Source: Mytilus californianus
Taxonomy: Eukaryota
Assembly: GCF_021869535.1 (NCBI RefSeq)
Contig: NW_026262679.1
Location: 87,234,001-87,298,000, forward strand
Length of the DNA: 64,000 nucleotides
Reading direction: 5' to 3'
Every line of letters starts with the position of its first letter. The first letter of the stretch is position 1. The position numbers and the translations under genes were made by a program. The notes beneath the pieces were generated by a model, which saw only the letters and a program-made list of their open reading frames with translations, ran no database searches and was not told where the DNA came from. Shown here in pieces: positions 1 through 12,515 of the stretch.

Positions 1-627
1 AGTGTCACTGATTACAGAATTGGCTTGGACAGCAAATTGGTGAATTAAAAACTATAAAGAAATGAGTATATTATGGAGGAATCCGAAGCTTAAATTAACA
101 AGCTTTGTAGAGGTATGTGCTGCCGTTAAATCCGACCTGCAACTTTGGGGGTTGGGGTTGGCGGGCGACCTTGCTACTTGACGTCTCAGTAAAAATTTAC
201 CTGTTACCTTTACAATTATATCAAATTTTTTGGAGCCCCAACAGAGTTTAACAAATGTTTTATTAAAATTAAATTTTAGAATATAGATAATGATAATTTT
301 TCATTTTCCAGTTTCATGAAGGAAGCTAGAAGCTAAAAGATGAAATAAAATATTAAGACCCATCCGGCCTTTTCTTCATTCTCAATTCAAAAATTAAAAG
401 TGAATTCAATTAACAAATGATTTCCAACAATAACAAGAAAAATATCATTATGGTAATTATAATATAACAGACATACTCGCCAGCATTTTTTTAAGCCAGT
501 AAACTACTGGTAATATTCATAAACTATAATTACTATTTTTGAGACAATCTCTTTTACCTGTCACTGTCGTTGTCAACTGTGGGTGTAGACAGTTGTTCAG
601 AAGGACCTAAATATAAATGAATCAGTT

Positions 628-1306
628 AAAAAGAGACGGCAGATACATATACCATGGACGAAATAAAAATCATAAGTCGAAGAAAAATGGACAATACCAT
701 GACCAAAAAGAAAACAAAGAAAACAAAAAAGAGACAAACAATTATATTCTACAAAACAATACACAGAAATAAGTAAAACGTCGGTGATAAGTCAATTTTG
801 GTTATTTAAAATAAAGTTATAAGGTTTATACTACAAATGTTTATCTTCTTCGGATTGATTGATTGATTGGTGTTTGATTTACGCCATCTCAGCACAAAAA
901 ATATGAAAAGGCTATATCGCGGCGAATATCTTCCTATGACAATTGGAGCATATCCGTGGCTTTCTAAAAAACATACATAGTATTACAATAACTGTCAACC
1001 AAATCATCATGGTATTCGTAAAATTTTCGACGGAATGACTTCAGCTTTATCAAAAGAAACCCTTAGTTTAACACCCCGTTGCAAGCAGCAACCCTCTATC
1101 TAGGAAAATCATATCAATTGGGTAATATATAAATCATATTCAGACACTGCTAGTATATCGTAACATAGAAATTGAAAGTTCACGATTGGAAAGCTGAAAT
1201 CATCTCTTTTGTCGTAAAGCTTGCTTCTCAACCAACCATCATTGTCAATTTCTAAATGCAATTCAAAATATGATGCAAACATAACTGAATCTGTGGTATC
1301 ATTTAT
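628..1306 (-). mobile_element. Degenerate 5'-truncated Penelope-like element: RT C-terminal fragment plus 3' UTR type D
   Basis: Minus-strand translation of about 985-1306 gives DTTDSVMFASYFELHLEIDNDGWLRSKLYDKRDDFSFPIVNF, the same motif as the other RT fragments, with stops and frameshifts. The D-type terminus lies at about 628-760. Confidence 0.75.
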
Positions 1307-1754
1307 GTAACGTTATTTAGTGAGACGACATTATTTATATAGCGAAGTTAAAGGAAAATTCTAGCTTCTTTTCATTCTTATTGAAAAGCTCCTGTTTAAA
1401 GACAGTCTGGTACGAATAAAGGAACAAGTCGACTATGAAAGGATAACAGTTGTTTAACTTTCCATTATTTTTATAATTCATTCATATTTTTTTTCCTTTA
1501 AAGTAAAAGGAACAATGAAAAAAGATTTAAAGTGCAATCCATGGATTTAAAAGGTCAAAGAAGAAGAAAACAGTTATTTCACGCAGACACTATTAAACTA
1601 GCTGGTTATCGGCTGCTATCATAGCTTAGTACGAAAATTTCCAAGAAATATGGAAGATTTGATCAAGGTGAAACATACCGTTTCATTCGAACTCTTTCCT
1701 CGTTAAAACTGGTCTGGAGAGGTCATAACTTAAACACGTTTGGGAAGCCTATTA

Positions 1755-1935
1755 CACGAACATGTTTAATCCCGCCACATTCTGTATGCGCCTGTCCAAA
1801 GTCGGGAGCCTGGTAATTCAGTTGTAATCGTGGGTTCGTTGTATTGTTATAAATTAGGTCGTTAGTTTTTTCGTTTTAATCATTTCACTTTTTTTCATTC
1901 TCGCATTGGCAATCATACTACATTTCCTTATTTTT
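1755..1935 (+). repeat. PLE 3'-terminal repeat type A (fragment)
   Basis: AACATGTTTAATCCCGCCACATT..CCTGTCCAAAGTCGGGAGCC..CATTGGCAATCATACTACATTTCCTTATTTT matches the 3' end of the 28908-30483 element. Confidence 0.7.
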
Positions 1936-2859
1936 AAAAGAGATAAAAATATATGCAAATGTGTATAAAAATGGGGATGAAAAAAATCAAGCTTTTTAAG
2001 GTCTCTAGGGCATTAAAACATCTAATTTTGCACAAAGACAAGAACATTACTGTAATCAAGATGTTCAAGTACACAAGTTACAAATCCTGATCATTTCCGT
2101 CTGATATATGCTAATTGATAAGTCTGCAAGACGTTTTTAATGTCGCAATTTTTAATGCTATTATAAATCATTTTGGAAAGGGTAACATGTGATGTGATTC
2201 CTTAAGTAGGGAATACAATACTGCAGTCAGGCTTTTCATGGTGAGAAATAGCTTGAATACGCTGGTGCTTTTAACTATCAAAGAAAACTGTTGAACCGGG
2301 AATATTTCTTCAATATCATTACCATCCTTTCCCATTAGTTTCCAACATGTTTGTTCTTCTATTAAGAAGTGCCATTCAAATCTAATCATTTTTTAAAACT
2401 TTAATTTAATTATATCGGATTTAAAGGAAAATCAAGATGGTAAAGTTAAAAGAAGTTGAAGGTGATTTAATTATGATTATCTATTTAAAATCAGTTCGTG
2501 ATACGTGTTCAAAATAATTGTATTTGTGGTTTATTATCATATATTGACATTTATGTTAGTTAAATTATATCAATATTATTCTTCGTTTAAAGTGACACAT
2601 ATCCGACATTAGACAAAACGAATAACCGAATGAACAATGGTATCAAAACCTTTTTACTACGTTGTAAGCTATATATAGGATAAGTCATGGTTGACCACCA
2701 GTGTAAACCAACAGTACAAAGCAATCGACAACAAGATCTTACGTAAGATACACTTACGATAGAAGGAATGATTTAACATATGGAGTATACATCTTTCAGT
2801 TTATATGATATTCAAGAGTTTGCGTTTCTTATCATAATTTCCTTGAAAGAAGATTGCTG

Positions 2860-3265
2860 CTTACAAGGAATCTATAGAACCAATGGTCCAAGCGGTAAGA
2901 TAAAATTGTTCTTTGAAAGTAATAAAGAAGCTACCGCGAGTTGGTTGACCTCTATGGAATATCTGTGTCACAGAACACCACGAATAATGTCGTAACCACA
3001 AACTCGATCTCTTTTCCTCGATTGTGACATCACAGAATGAAACTTATCAAATGATTGTACTTACCATGAGCAACATGACGGGTAACACCAAATGGATCAG
3101 GATCTGCATAGCACCTCAGATCACCCCAGTTTCTTGTAGGGTTCGTGTTGTTTAGTCTTGTTTTATGTATTGTTTTGTAGATCAGTTAGTCTTTTCGTCG
3201 TCTTTCGTGTTTTGCCATGGCGTTGTCAGTTTCCTTTTGACTTTTGCGTTTTGAATGTGTCCTAG
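2860..3265 (+). mobile_element. PLE 3' fragment: RT C-terminal remnant plus type D 3' UTR
   Basis: Decayed RELVDLYGISVSQ peptide (compare HELVDPYDVSVSK in ORF 22038-22355), then AGCAACATGACGGG..GATCACCCCAG..GCCATGGCGTTGTCAGTT. Confidence 0.6.
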
Positions 3266-3314
3266 TGATTGTGATGGTCAAAGAATATTATGTATTTGAA
3301 TTTTGATCCCTGTT

Positions 3315-3380
3315 GTGCCTGATGAAGGTTATTCAATAAACGCGTGTCATGTACTGATCTCTGTATCATACGTTTTTATT
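3315..3380 (+). ncRNA. Degenerate type I hammerhead ribozyme, AGG..CC short-stem-II variant
   Basis: CCTGATGAAGGTTATTCAATAAACGCGTGTC shares CCTGATGAAGG and layout with 54633-54674. GAAA is mutated to TAAA and the copy ends in a T-rich tract. Confidence 0.5.
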
Positions 3381-3496
3381 ACCTAATACACTTGACTGCT
3401 GATTATTATACCGCTGTATGACTTAATGTCATCATTATCTATTTTATCGTGCATCTTGCATTTTCGTAAGATTTTCTGAAGAACAGATAAATGACC

Positions 3497-3828
3497 CACT
3501 GGCCTTTAAGTTTAGTGCCACTTAAACCCAGTATTCAGTACTTCTGTGTTGACATGAATTATCATTAATTTTGTCATAATAATAAATGAACTGTTTACGA
3601 AACTGTGAATTTTTCGAAATATTAGAGATTTTCTACCCCAGGAATAGATTGCCTTAGCTGTATTTGGCAAAACCTTTCGGAATTTTGGGTCCTCAATGCT
3701 CTTCAACTTCATACTTTATTTGGCCTATTTTTCGTTTTTGATTCGAGGGTTACTAGTGAGTCTTTTGTAGACGAAACGCGCGTCTGGTGTGCATATTTTT
3801 AATCTTGGTTACTATGATGACTTTATTT
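3497..3828 (+). mobile_element. Retrozyme family 1 copy with inactivated hammerhead (core CTAGTGA) at 3747-3790
   Basis: Colinear with the 60810-61132 and 49385-49662 copies; GAGTCTTTTGTAGACGAAACGCGCGTCTGGTGT; ends TTTATTT. Confidence 0.85.
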
Positions 3829-3949
3829 AAATATTAACAACAAAGCATTTTTTCGTAGTCAGATTTATCCTAGGGTTTCCATTCTACTATTGTATAATGA
3901 CTTATCACCAGTTATGACACAAAATATTTTTGTTTACAAGAGCAGCATA

Positions 3950-4140
3950 ACGGTTGCCACAAGGGAGCAGGAACTGATGACCCATTCAGAGCGTGTGAGA
4001 TTTCCCCCGGTTTTGTTGTTGATTAGTGAGTTGTTAAATCATTGGTTTTCTTTGTATTCATATTTTGTTGACTTTTCCTTGTAGTTTTGCATTGCTGTTG
4101 TCTGTCTTTGTTTTATCTGTGGTTTTTATTGTCTCTTTTG
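3950..4140 (+). repeat. PLE type D 3' UTR fragment
   Basis: GCCACAAGGGAGCAGGAACTG..GAGATTTCCCCCGG resembles 3080-3140. Confidence 0.45.
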
Positions 4141-7100
4141 GCACGGTCTTCCTAATAACCAAAATGAACCAGTTTATGAAACAGAATGGCATTAGTATTA
4201 TTGAACAGTAAACAGTTAAGTCCAAAATCGAATTTATCCTTGAGTATTTCACTGTCAGTGACGCTGTGTAAAACACTAAAAAGTGTTACTCCGATTATCA
4301 AATGGAACTTACAGAGAATTTAAGCTTTCAGGACTAGTTAATAAAGCCGCATAAATGTTGAATATGGTGCAGTGATAGACTAATTACCCCATATAAACTG
4401 TTAAACATAGGATATCTCACAAGAGCAGTCAGTACAAGTAAACATCAAAAGTCGAAAGACCAAAATTATAAAGGCTAAATGATGAGCAAACAATTTGATA
4501 TCTTTTCGGATTTCACTCCTACTTTTTTATTTCTCATAATCAAATAAATAGATATTACCACAAAGACACAAGTTAAAACATAGCAAAATAGTATGTTTGG
4601 TTTAGGGGGATGTTTAAGTACAAAGCCATTAATGGTTGGAATTGGGACATTAAATCTAATGCCTGGTGTAGGGAGAATGCCACGCTTCCTTAGTTTGCCA
4701 GTCGAACAACTTTGCAGAAACTTAGTTTGCCAGTCGAACAACATTGCAGAAACTGCCAAACCCAATAACTGTTAACTTGATTTCGTCCTAAATATTCACG
4801 AAGAGTTTGTCAGTTTACGTGAAACTAACAACGATCAGTCAATCAGGTTATAACCACCATCTGATTTTGATTGACTGATAGTACGTATCTGTCATAGAAA
4901 GCAGTTGTTTAGGGTGTACTAGAGTCCTATTCACCATATAGATAATGTGGCCTTTTGAAATCCTTCAAATCTATTTCATTTGAAACATATTAACTGATTT
5001 AATAGAATCCTTTTATGTTTCGGAATTATGGGTAGGTTGATAAAGAAAAGCGTTGAGCTGTGTCACGTTTACGACCTTCGGTACTATTTCAGAATAAAAG
5101 TTATCTTTATTGGCAACATTTAATCTATATCAAAGTAAATCTTATTAATTTGACATTAATCCTTGTAGAACAAATTCTACAACTATTAATTAATTTAGTT
5201 ACAAAGGACTACATCCACATCGGCAAACAGTCTTTCTAAAGATCTTTCACAATCTGTCAATGAAATGAAAATTAATAGTTTTTGATGGAATAAGCAGTTC
5301 AGGGTTGATAGAATTATCCGTAGAAGAGGCGCTTCCATGTTTTCCTTTAATTGGTTTTGTAGTATTTTTATGATTATACGTCGTTATTGAAAAGGAATAT
5401 ACCGAATTAAAATGGCAATCCTTATATACAAACTTCACGTTTGATTTAAACGTAAAATACATTTATTTTTTTTAAAAGATAAAGTTCCACAAACAAGTGT
5501 ATGGTCCATTGTCAAAATAAAAAAGATAACGTTGAAACATAATTCTAATTAATTAAAAGAAAAGAAAATGCAATGGACAATACGAATTAAATCTATAGAT
5601 AGAGCAAACCAAAAAAAAAAATTCTCAATGTCTGCGACGGTAGATCAATACCATCAAATAAACGCAAAAAGACCGGCGGTAAAATGAAAAAAAAACAACT
5701 AAGAATGAGTAAAAATTAACTGCTCATAAAAGATAAAGAAAATAATCATCTAGTACATGACGCCTAATTGTCCGTTTTAATACAACGATTTAAAGAAAAC
5801 ATAACTCATTATTGTCTTTTTTTGTCTGCAGTTGAAGTTATATATAAAACATCAATGAGTCGAGGAACTTGCTCACAATATTGATTTAGTTTAAGCAGTA
5901 TTTATTATTGAAAAATTATGATAATAAAATAGTACAATTTTACATAGCAGTCAAATATGGGATTCGGAAACACATTTGGAAAAAACTATTATAAATCCGT
6001 CTCCCGATATTACCTTTAAGGTAGTCACGAGAGGGACACAAAGCATCACCACATGTTAACATGAAGCTTAATTACATATCAACAAAGTGCACCCGCAGTT
6101 TCTTTAAAGTTTCTGATTTCTATACATCTAGTCCCAAAATATATCAAACTTAGACAAATTTGAACGACTCAGCAAAATCTATACTTTCATACAAATAGTA
6201 TTTTTATTGCTGTTACAAATTTTCAAAATATTTTTCAGTTCAACTCCATTTTGACATGTCGTTTGGAAAATATTCTAAAACTAATTAACAAGTAAAAAAC
6301 CACGAAAGATAAATTGAAATAGAGGAACTGGATTCGACAACGGAAAACAAACTAAAACCTATAAGAGCGGTACCTGTAAGATATTTAAAATACTCCATAT
6401 CTTTATTAAAAGTTAACTGCTACAAGGAGTGCAGAAACAAATCATGATACCAAAAAGAACTAAATGCGAAATGTTGGTTGGTTCATGTTAGCAATTTCAC
6501 AAAAATAGTTACAGTGAAAAAAAGATGGAATGTCCGCTACATTAAAGATGCAAAAGTTCACAACATTGGAGTTTTCCGTAGTTGTGACGAAATTGAGATT
6601 GAAAGTATCACCATTTCTGTTCAATACATGGAGTCAACTCATGTCCGAAAAAGTATTTCGAGCTTTACAGTTAGCTTCAATGAATTATATTTTCCTGTTA
6701 TTTTTATTTAGATGAATGTATGTAAAACATCAGAGAAAGGCGAAGATCGTAGTTGAAGAAGTCACACTGGTGGATGAATTGGATAGATAAATACATAATG
6801 TAAATATCGAAGACAATCAGATTACACAATTCGAAAATAAACCTTCACCAAACTCATCTGAACGTAAAACATCGACATTCCAAGGAAAATTCCACTCAAA
6901 TTAAAGTACAAGGTAGACACAACTGGGATTATAAATACAAGTTAAGTTAAAAACATAAGTTCAGTATGACAATTTGGAACAATAGACAAAACAAACTATG
7001 CAAACAAGAACCTAACAAAAAGACTCAAATGTAGAATATGTTGATGGTTATGTACTCTGAGGTACCAATGTACTTGATCTTTATAATGAGCCGAATAACA

Positions 7101-7184
7101 TGGATTTATATAATTACGAACACTGCAAAATATGAAATACATGTAATGATGCCAGTTGAAACAATGATTCAAAGTCTGTTTTAA

Positions 7185-7393
7185 TTGGGATGTATTAATG
7201 TTCAACACTTTCATAAAATTTAACCGTGATTGCAAGCCGACAAGTTTCTGAGATGTATGTGGTGATCGAAATGTTTTTAAACGAAAGCATGGTACATATT
7301 GATGGATATGAAACAGAAAGAAAAGACGGAAATATTATTAACGAAGGCGATATTATTGTGTATACTAAAACAGATAAATTTAGGAAACGTTAG
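7185..7393 (+). pseudogene. Decayed apurinic-like endonuclease fragment of a LINE (CR1/L2-like)
   Basis: 7262-7393 translates VIEMFLNESMVHIDGYETERKDGNIINEGDIIVYTKTDKFRKR*, resembling the ETFL..I.GY..RKDR..GGG..Y motif of LINE endonucleases. An INVQH motif lies upstream in another frame. Confidence 0.5.
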
Positions 7394-9589
7394 TTTATCA
7401 ATGTTCAAATCTAGTAAATCGATTAAGAGGAGACAAATCACGGTAATAAACAAAACCTGACGTAATCACATGAACCTCAAAAGGATCGAGCACGGGTATG
7501 TCAACATGGTAAGTGTCTCCTGCTATGTATACATGAAATATGTCGCGAAAGTAGAAATGAATTACAATTGGTTTGAAAAAAATCAAAATGAAATGAGAAA
7601 ATTTTCCAATTAAAAATCTATTTTAATGTATTTTCGTCTAACTAGTTCTTAAAATTATGGATTGATATGTTTGAAATTGAAATTAAGAATGCTTTTCAGA
7701 ATATAAGGAAATTGTTTAGACGATTTGAATATACGCTATGTAAAAATACACATATTGAAAATCATAAACAAGATGTACTTTAATTTATTGCAAACTAATT
7801 TCAATCCCGCTTTTGTAGACTCTGCGATGCAGAAAGTAAAATGTGACAAAAAAAAAATGTTTATATGTGCATGTTATTGTTGAAAACCATATGAAAGCCA
7901 AATGAAAAAAGATGAACAGACATGTAACAGTCCAAAAAAACACAATAGAGAAAATTAAAGATTGAACAACACGAACCTCAATAGTGGATTTATTGTTTAC
8001 ATTTTTATCAATTCATACGTATAGAACGGCTACAAGAGCATCAGGGAAAAACAAAAAGGTGAATCATATTTAAACAACATGTAGAATATGTCATTGAAGA
8101 TACTGTGCTTAGAAATTCGATTTGTAACTATTATCTTGTTTATTTAACTAGACAGTTGAATTGAAAATTGGTATAGAAGGATCATTAAACGATTGATTAC
8201 ATGTCATAAAAAAATCTGACAAAAATAGGTTCATCGAAGACTTAATTATTAGTATAATATCTAAATTATGTTGCTATTCAACGCCAAATACAACAAGATA
8301 CATATATATTTAGACAGTCTTCCACATCAGACATGTGTCTATACAATATGACAAGCTCCAAATTATCCAGAGTCTATAAAAGTTGCGAATAAATTTAACA
8401 GAAGCAAACAAGAATATGCATTGGTGTTTAATCAGGTGAAAAATATTACATTTATATCAGGACGAGAAAAAATGCAAACCAAATACACCAAAACAATTTT
8501 GTTCGTAAGAACGCTTTTCTTGAAGCTGCATCGTGACGCATTAATTTAATGATTTTGTGTGCAAACTTGAATGATATCTCTATGACGAAATAACGACATA
8601 AAGTCCGCAGTTTTATACCTGCATTTTAGGGCTACTGGTGACATAAAAAAAAAATAGACAGTTAATTTAAAAGTAACATTAATTAGTTATACATGAAGTC
8701 CATAAGGCAAATTAAATTGATATGTAACACAAACCTTGCAGTACTCCTTTCAAAACTAAAATAATAAAAAAATTTACAAAATGAAAAAAAAACAAAAAAT
8801 TTATACAAAGTTGTATAAACTCATTCTAAGGGGATCATATCTGTGAGATAGCCTGGGGTTCATCCAGCCTAAATCCTCATTTTCATGGATCATGGAATGG
8901 TAATTTTTTATAATATCTGTAAATAAATCTTGATCTCAAAGCCATTCAGCATACCTATTAGTCATCAGGAGTAAAGCAGGGGATACATTTTAGAGTGTGC
9001 ACTTTTGTTTAAGATATTAAACATACCACCTGATGATCTTACAACAACAGCAAAATTATAAATTTTATCCTACGTCTATTAAGCTGAAGAAAAAGATTCA
9101 AAAGAAAATTTCTACATCCTTATCCCTAGTGTGTTATCTTTATAGTTAATATAATCGTGAAAAGCAGGTTGTGAAAGAACTATTTTTGTTGAATTCCTGC
9201 TGATAGAATCATACGTCCACAATAAATTTCAATGTTTGTAATACAATTGAGTAAAATTACTACACTTTTATGTTATGTAGGTTGGAAAATTTCTTTAGCA
9301 ATACAAATAACACAATAAAATTAAATATAGTTGAGAAAGAAAAACCTCTTTATATGAAGAAGCCAACGATACATTACCATCACGGAAAGGACAACTAACA
9401 AAAGAAAAATAATAGTACACCCGTTTTTCATAATTTTTTATAGGAAGATTAGCATTAGAAATAATAATATCAATGTCTGAAAGAGCAAACATCACTTATA
9501 ACGATGGATTTAGATAAGTCGAAATGCAAACTTGGTGCAGTAAAATTTGTATCGTTAATGTTTTGAACTAGATTTATTTATTAGTTGTT

Positions 9590-10062
9590 ATTGACTTTGA
9601 ACTAGCTGCCAGTAACTGCGAGTACTCTCAGATCTGTAATTAGTGTCGTTTTGTTGTGGGGATGTATAAGTACCCTGCCACGTCCACTCTGTGTTTTTGT
9701 TAGATGTTTTTCTGCTTTGTATCGATCTGACGAGTTAAGCCCTTTTCAACTGATTTTTATAGTTTGTTCTTATGTTGTACTGTTACACCACTGTCCCCCT
9801 GTAATTCAGTGGCTGTGTCGTTTGTTGCTGTATATCATATTTGTTTTTCGTTCATTATTTTGTACATAAATCAGGCTGTTAGTTTTCTCGTTTGAATTGT
9901 TTTACATTTGTCATATCGGGCCTTTTATAGCTGACTATGCGGTATGGTTTTTACTCATTGTTGAAGGCCGTACAGTGATCTATAGTTGTTAATTTCTGTG
10001 TCATTTGGTCTCTTGTGGAGAGTTGTCTCGTTGGCAATCATACCACATCTTCTTATTTTTAT
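9590..10062 (+). repeat. PLE type A 3' UTR and terminus (5'-truncated)
   Basis: Shares ACTAGCTG.CAGTAACTGCGAGTACTCTCA with 29612-29642 and the terminal ATTGGCAATCATACCACATCTTCTTATTTT. Confidence 0.8.
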
Positions 10063-10094
10063 GTGTATACCAGGCAGGACGATAACATGGATAA

Positions 10095-10322
10095 TGCCTT
10101 TTAACGAGCTAATTCACGAGTCTACAGAAAGAAATGTCACCTTACCGGGATACATGATTGTAACTGAAAGCCGACTAGTCTTAGTCTTACTCATAATTGT
10201 CACGTACTTAGCGAAGAAGCAGAAAACGCTATTTTTTAAGTCTTTTGATCGGCGCTGCCGGGTGTCGAACATATGTCCTTCCGCACTTCAATTGAGCACA
10301 CTACTACGATACCACCGAGGTA
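10095..10322 (-). mobile_element. tRNA-derived SINE (MESC/Meta-core-like)
   Basis: Minus strand has an A-box-like TGGTATCGTAG and B-box GTTCGACACC, then CTGCTTCTTCGCTAAGTACG..GAGTAAGACTAAGACTAGTCGGCT, resembling the mollusc SINE core as I recall it. Confidence 0.65.
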
Positions 10323-10844
10323 GTTCTTTGTATTTGAGGGAGAATTTGCCGTTTTGTGTAATAAATGCGTGTAGTATAAATACTTTAATGTAATAGAATT
10401 ATTCAACGATGACATTAAATGACTTTAAAATTTGCCAGCAGTTATGTATTAACATGTCAATTTTGAAAAATGTTTTCAACTTGGGGTTCAGAAAGATTAT
10501 TTTGATAACAATTGAGACACCAAATCAGTATTTAATATATTATTTCAATCAATCAATGCCATCCCAATACGGAAATGTATAGACGAATAATGTCGATCAC
10601 TTTCATTACTTCATAAAAAAGACTTCTGCTTCAAGTCAGCTTAATCATTATGCTATTTGGATAAATGCTCTCTTTGCATAACAAAGGTTAAATCAATTCA
10701 AATAGTAGACAGACGTGCTTCGGTTTTGAAATAGAAGTCGTTTTCATTATTAAATAGCAGTTTGAAAATAGTTTGGTAACATGTTTTAAAAAGTAAAATT
10801 ACCTCATCAATAAACAATATTCGTTTTAGATTACTTTATTACTG

Positions 10845-10889
10845 AAATAAACTCATCATAGGTACCAGGATTAAAATGTTGTACGCCAG
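10845..10889 (-). mobile_element. Minimal retrozyme fragment: hammerhead cleavage site to T-rich end
   Basis: Reverse complement CTGGCGTACAACATTTTAATCCTGGTACCTATGATGAGTTTATTT equals the sequence immediately 3' of the GTC cleavage triplet in intact copies. Confidence 0.75.
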
Positions 10890-12300
10890 TTTGCAACAGT
10901 TTCCTAAATAATATGTTATATTATGTGGTTGTAATGTATTAGAATTTAATCATATGCATTATTTTATTATACTACTAAAATGTTTAGCAACAATATTTCT
11001 GACTGAAAATGAAGTTAAACAAAATATCGATTTATCTTTCAAGCTTGTGTTTTCTTAATCTTTTGTGCATTCAAAAGTACTATAGTTATGTTGGTCAAGT
11101 TTTGGACAGCTACACTGTTCGCAAACTACTTCGAGGAAAGGAGTAAAAATAGAAAGTCAAGTTTACCATTGTATGCCAATGATCTAGTTTAAATATGTAC
11201 ACAACGCTCAAAATTGACAAAGTGGTGAATCTGATGACATAATTGATTACGTATGAACAGAAACTAACATCCCAACATCCGCAAAAAAATGAACAAAAAA
11301 CGAGAGAGGTTTTTTTCTAACCCCTAAAGTTTTATTATATGTTTTTTTAGTTTTCCACTTTAGTCAATTCAACATCCTTTAAAACAGGAATGCTGTTTTA
11401 TTTCAGATCATTTTGAGGATTTTCTATAAAGATATGAGCCCTCACAATCTGTACACCAATAATATCAGTAGAAGTGTTTCAAAACCTTCTTTGAGTAGTA
11501 TATATAGTGAATCAGAATTACTTTAAAGGGAAATGAAAGACAAATTCTTCATGCATGATTTATACAGAGGGGGAAATTATTCTTATAATTTAATGACATG
11601 CACGATGTTGTAATACGATGTTGTTTGCTAACTAATTAAAGTAGATATTGGTTTAATAATTTGACATAACGAAAAATGTTCACTGAATCGTTGAGGACAT
11701 AGCTACTAACTGTACAGTAGTCTAATCTGCCATGTCATTTGTCTTCAAGATATCTTACAAATGAGACAAAAACATTCCGTTTCAACAAACTAGAAAACAC
11801 TCTTAATGAGCATTCAGGGGAAAATAAGCTTTTCTTTTTACACCATAAAAAAGATAAATTAAATAATTAATGTATTGATCCCGTAAATAAGATACCAAGG
11901 CCACGAAAAATGACATTTATGAGAAAGTAGATGATTTTTGTCAATGAACAGCATCGAAAACAAAAACAGATTATATCATTATTCACGAAAAACCTAATGC
12001 AACAATGACTTCCAATTATTTGAAGTGAAGCTTGCGAAATCACATATGCTCTTACCTTAATGTTTGAAAAATCAAATACCTAAAATGGTTGCAATTTTTA
12101 AAACTAATACAAAACAAACCGAACAGCACAAGGTTACATTGGCATAGGGAGTAGCAAACTTGTGTAATTTATAAAATGAAAACTTACAATCATCTACAGT
12201 ATCATTTAAAAAAAATCGGGACATTGTAACATTTGTAAATATCTTACAAAAGATGCAGTTATTTAAATGAATTCTGATAGTCTTGTTATTTCTATATCAT

Positions 12301-12515
12301 AAAATAATCACCAAACATACCAAGCTTATAATTTAATAAGCAAAAAGTGCGTTTCGTCTACATTAGACTCATTAGTGTCTCTCAACTCGAATCAAAACAG
12401 TTTGAAGGTAAAATCATATACGAAAGAGAATTTACAACGAAAGAGAATTTAAAACTAAAAAATCCAATTTCAATTCAAAATGGATGTACTAAATCTGGCT
12501 AAGGCTATCTATGAC
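12301..12515 (-). mobile_element. Retrozyme family 1 copy, degenerate hammerhead (CTAATGA core)
   Basis: Reverse complement CACTAATGAGTCTAATGTAGACGAAACGCAC; upstream similarity extends to GGCTAAGGCTATCTAT. Confidence 0.7.

Noticed and set aside
4689-4752. 32-bp two-copy tandem repeat (also 40 bp x2 at 19586-19665 and about 62 bp x2 near 50290-50390)
   Set aside because: Real, but ordinary slippage duplications with no further structure.
4834-4945. 12-bp hairpin (4834-4879) and a Helitron-like CTAG end (4919-4922)
   Set aside because: The stem is too short for a pre-miRNA, and the sub-terminal hairpin is only 4 A/T-rich bp with no matching 5' end.
6400-7150. Possible ORF1 or PHD-finger remnant upstream of the LINE endonuclease fragment
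   Set aside because: Cys/Trp spacing is only suggestive and broken by stops; it cannot be supported without a search.
9726-9760. CTGACGAGTT..AAC in the type A UTR as a hammerhead
   Set aside because: The putative stem II is followed by TGAT rather than GAAA, and there is no stem I or III.
10245-10322. tRNA gene
   Set aside because: It has A/B boxes but no cloverleaf, and it continues into SINE core sequence.
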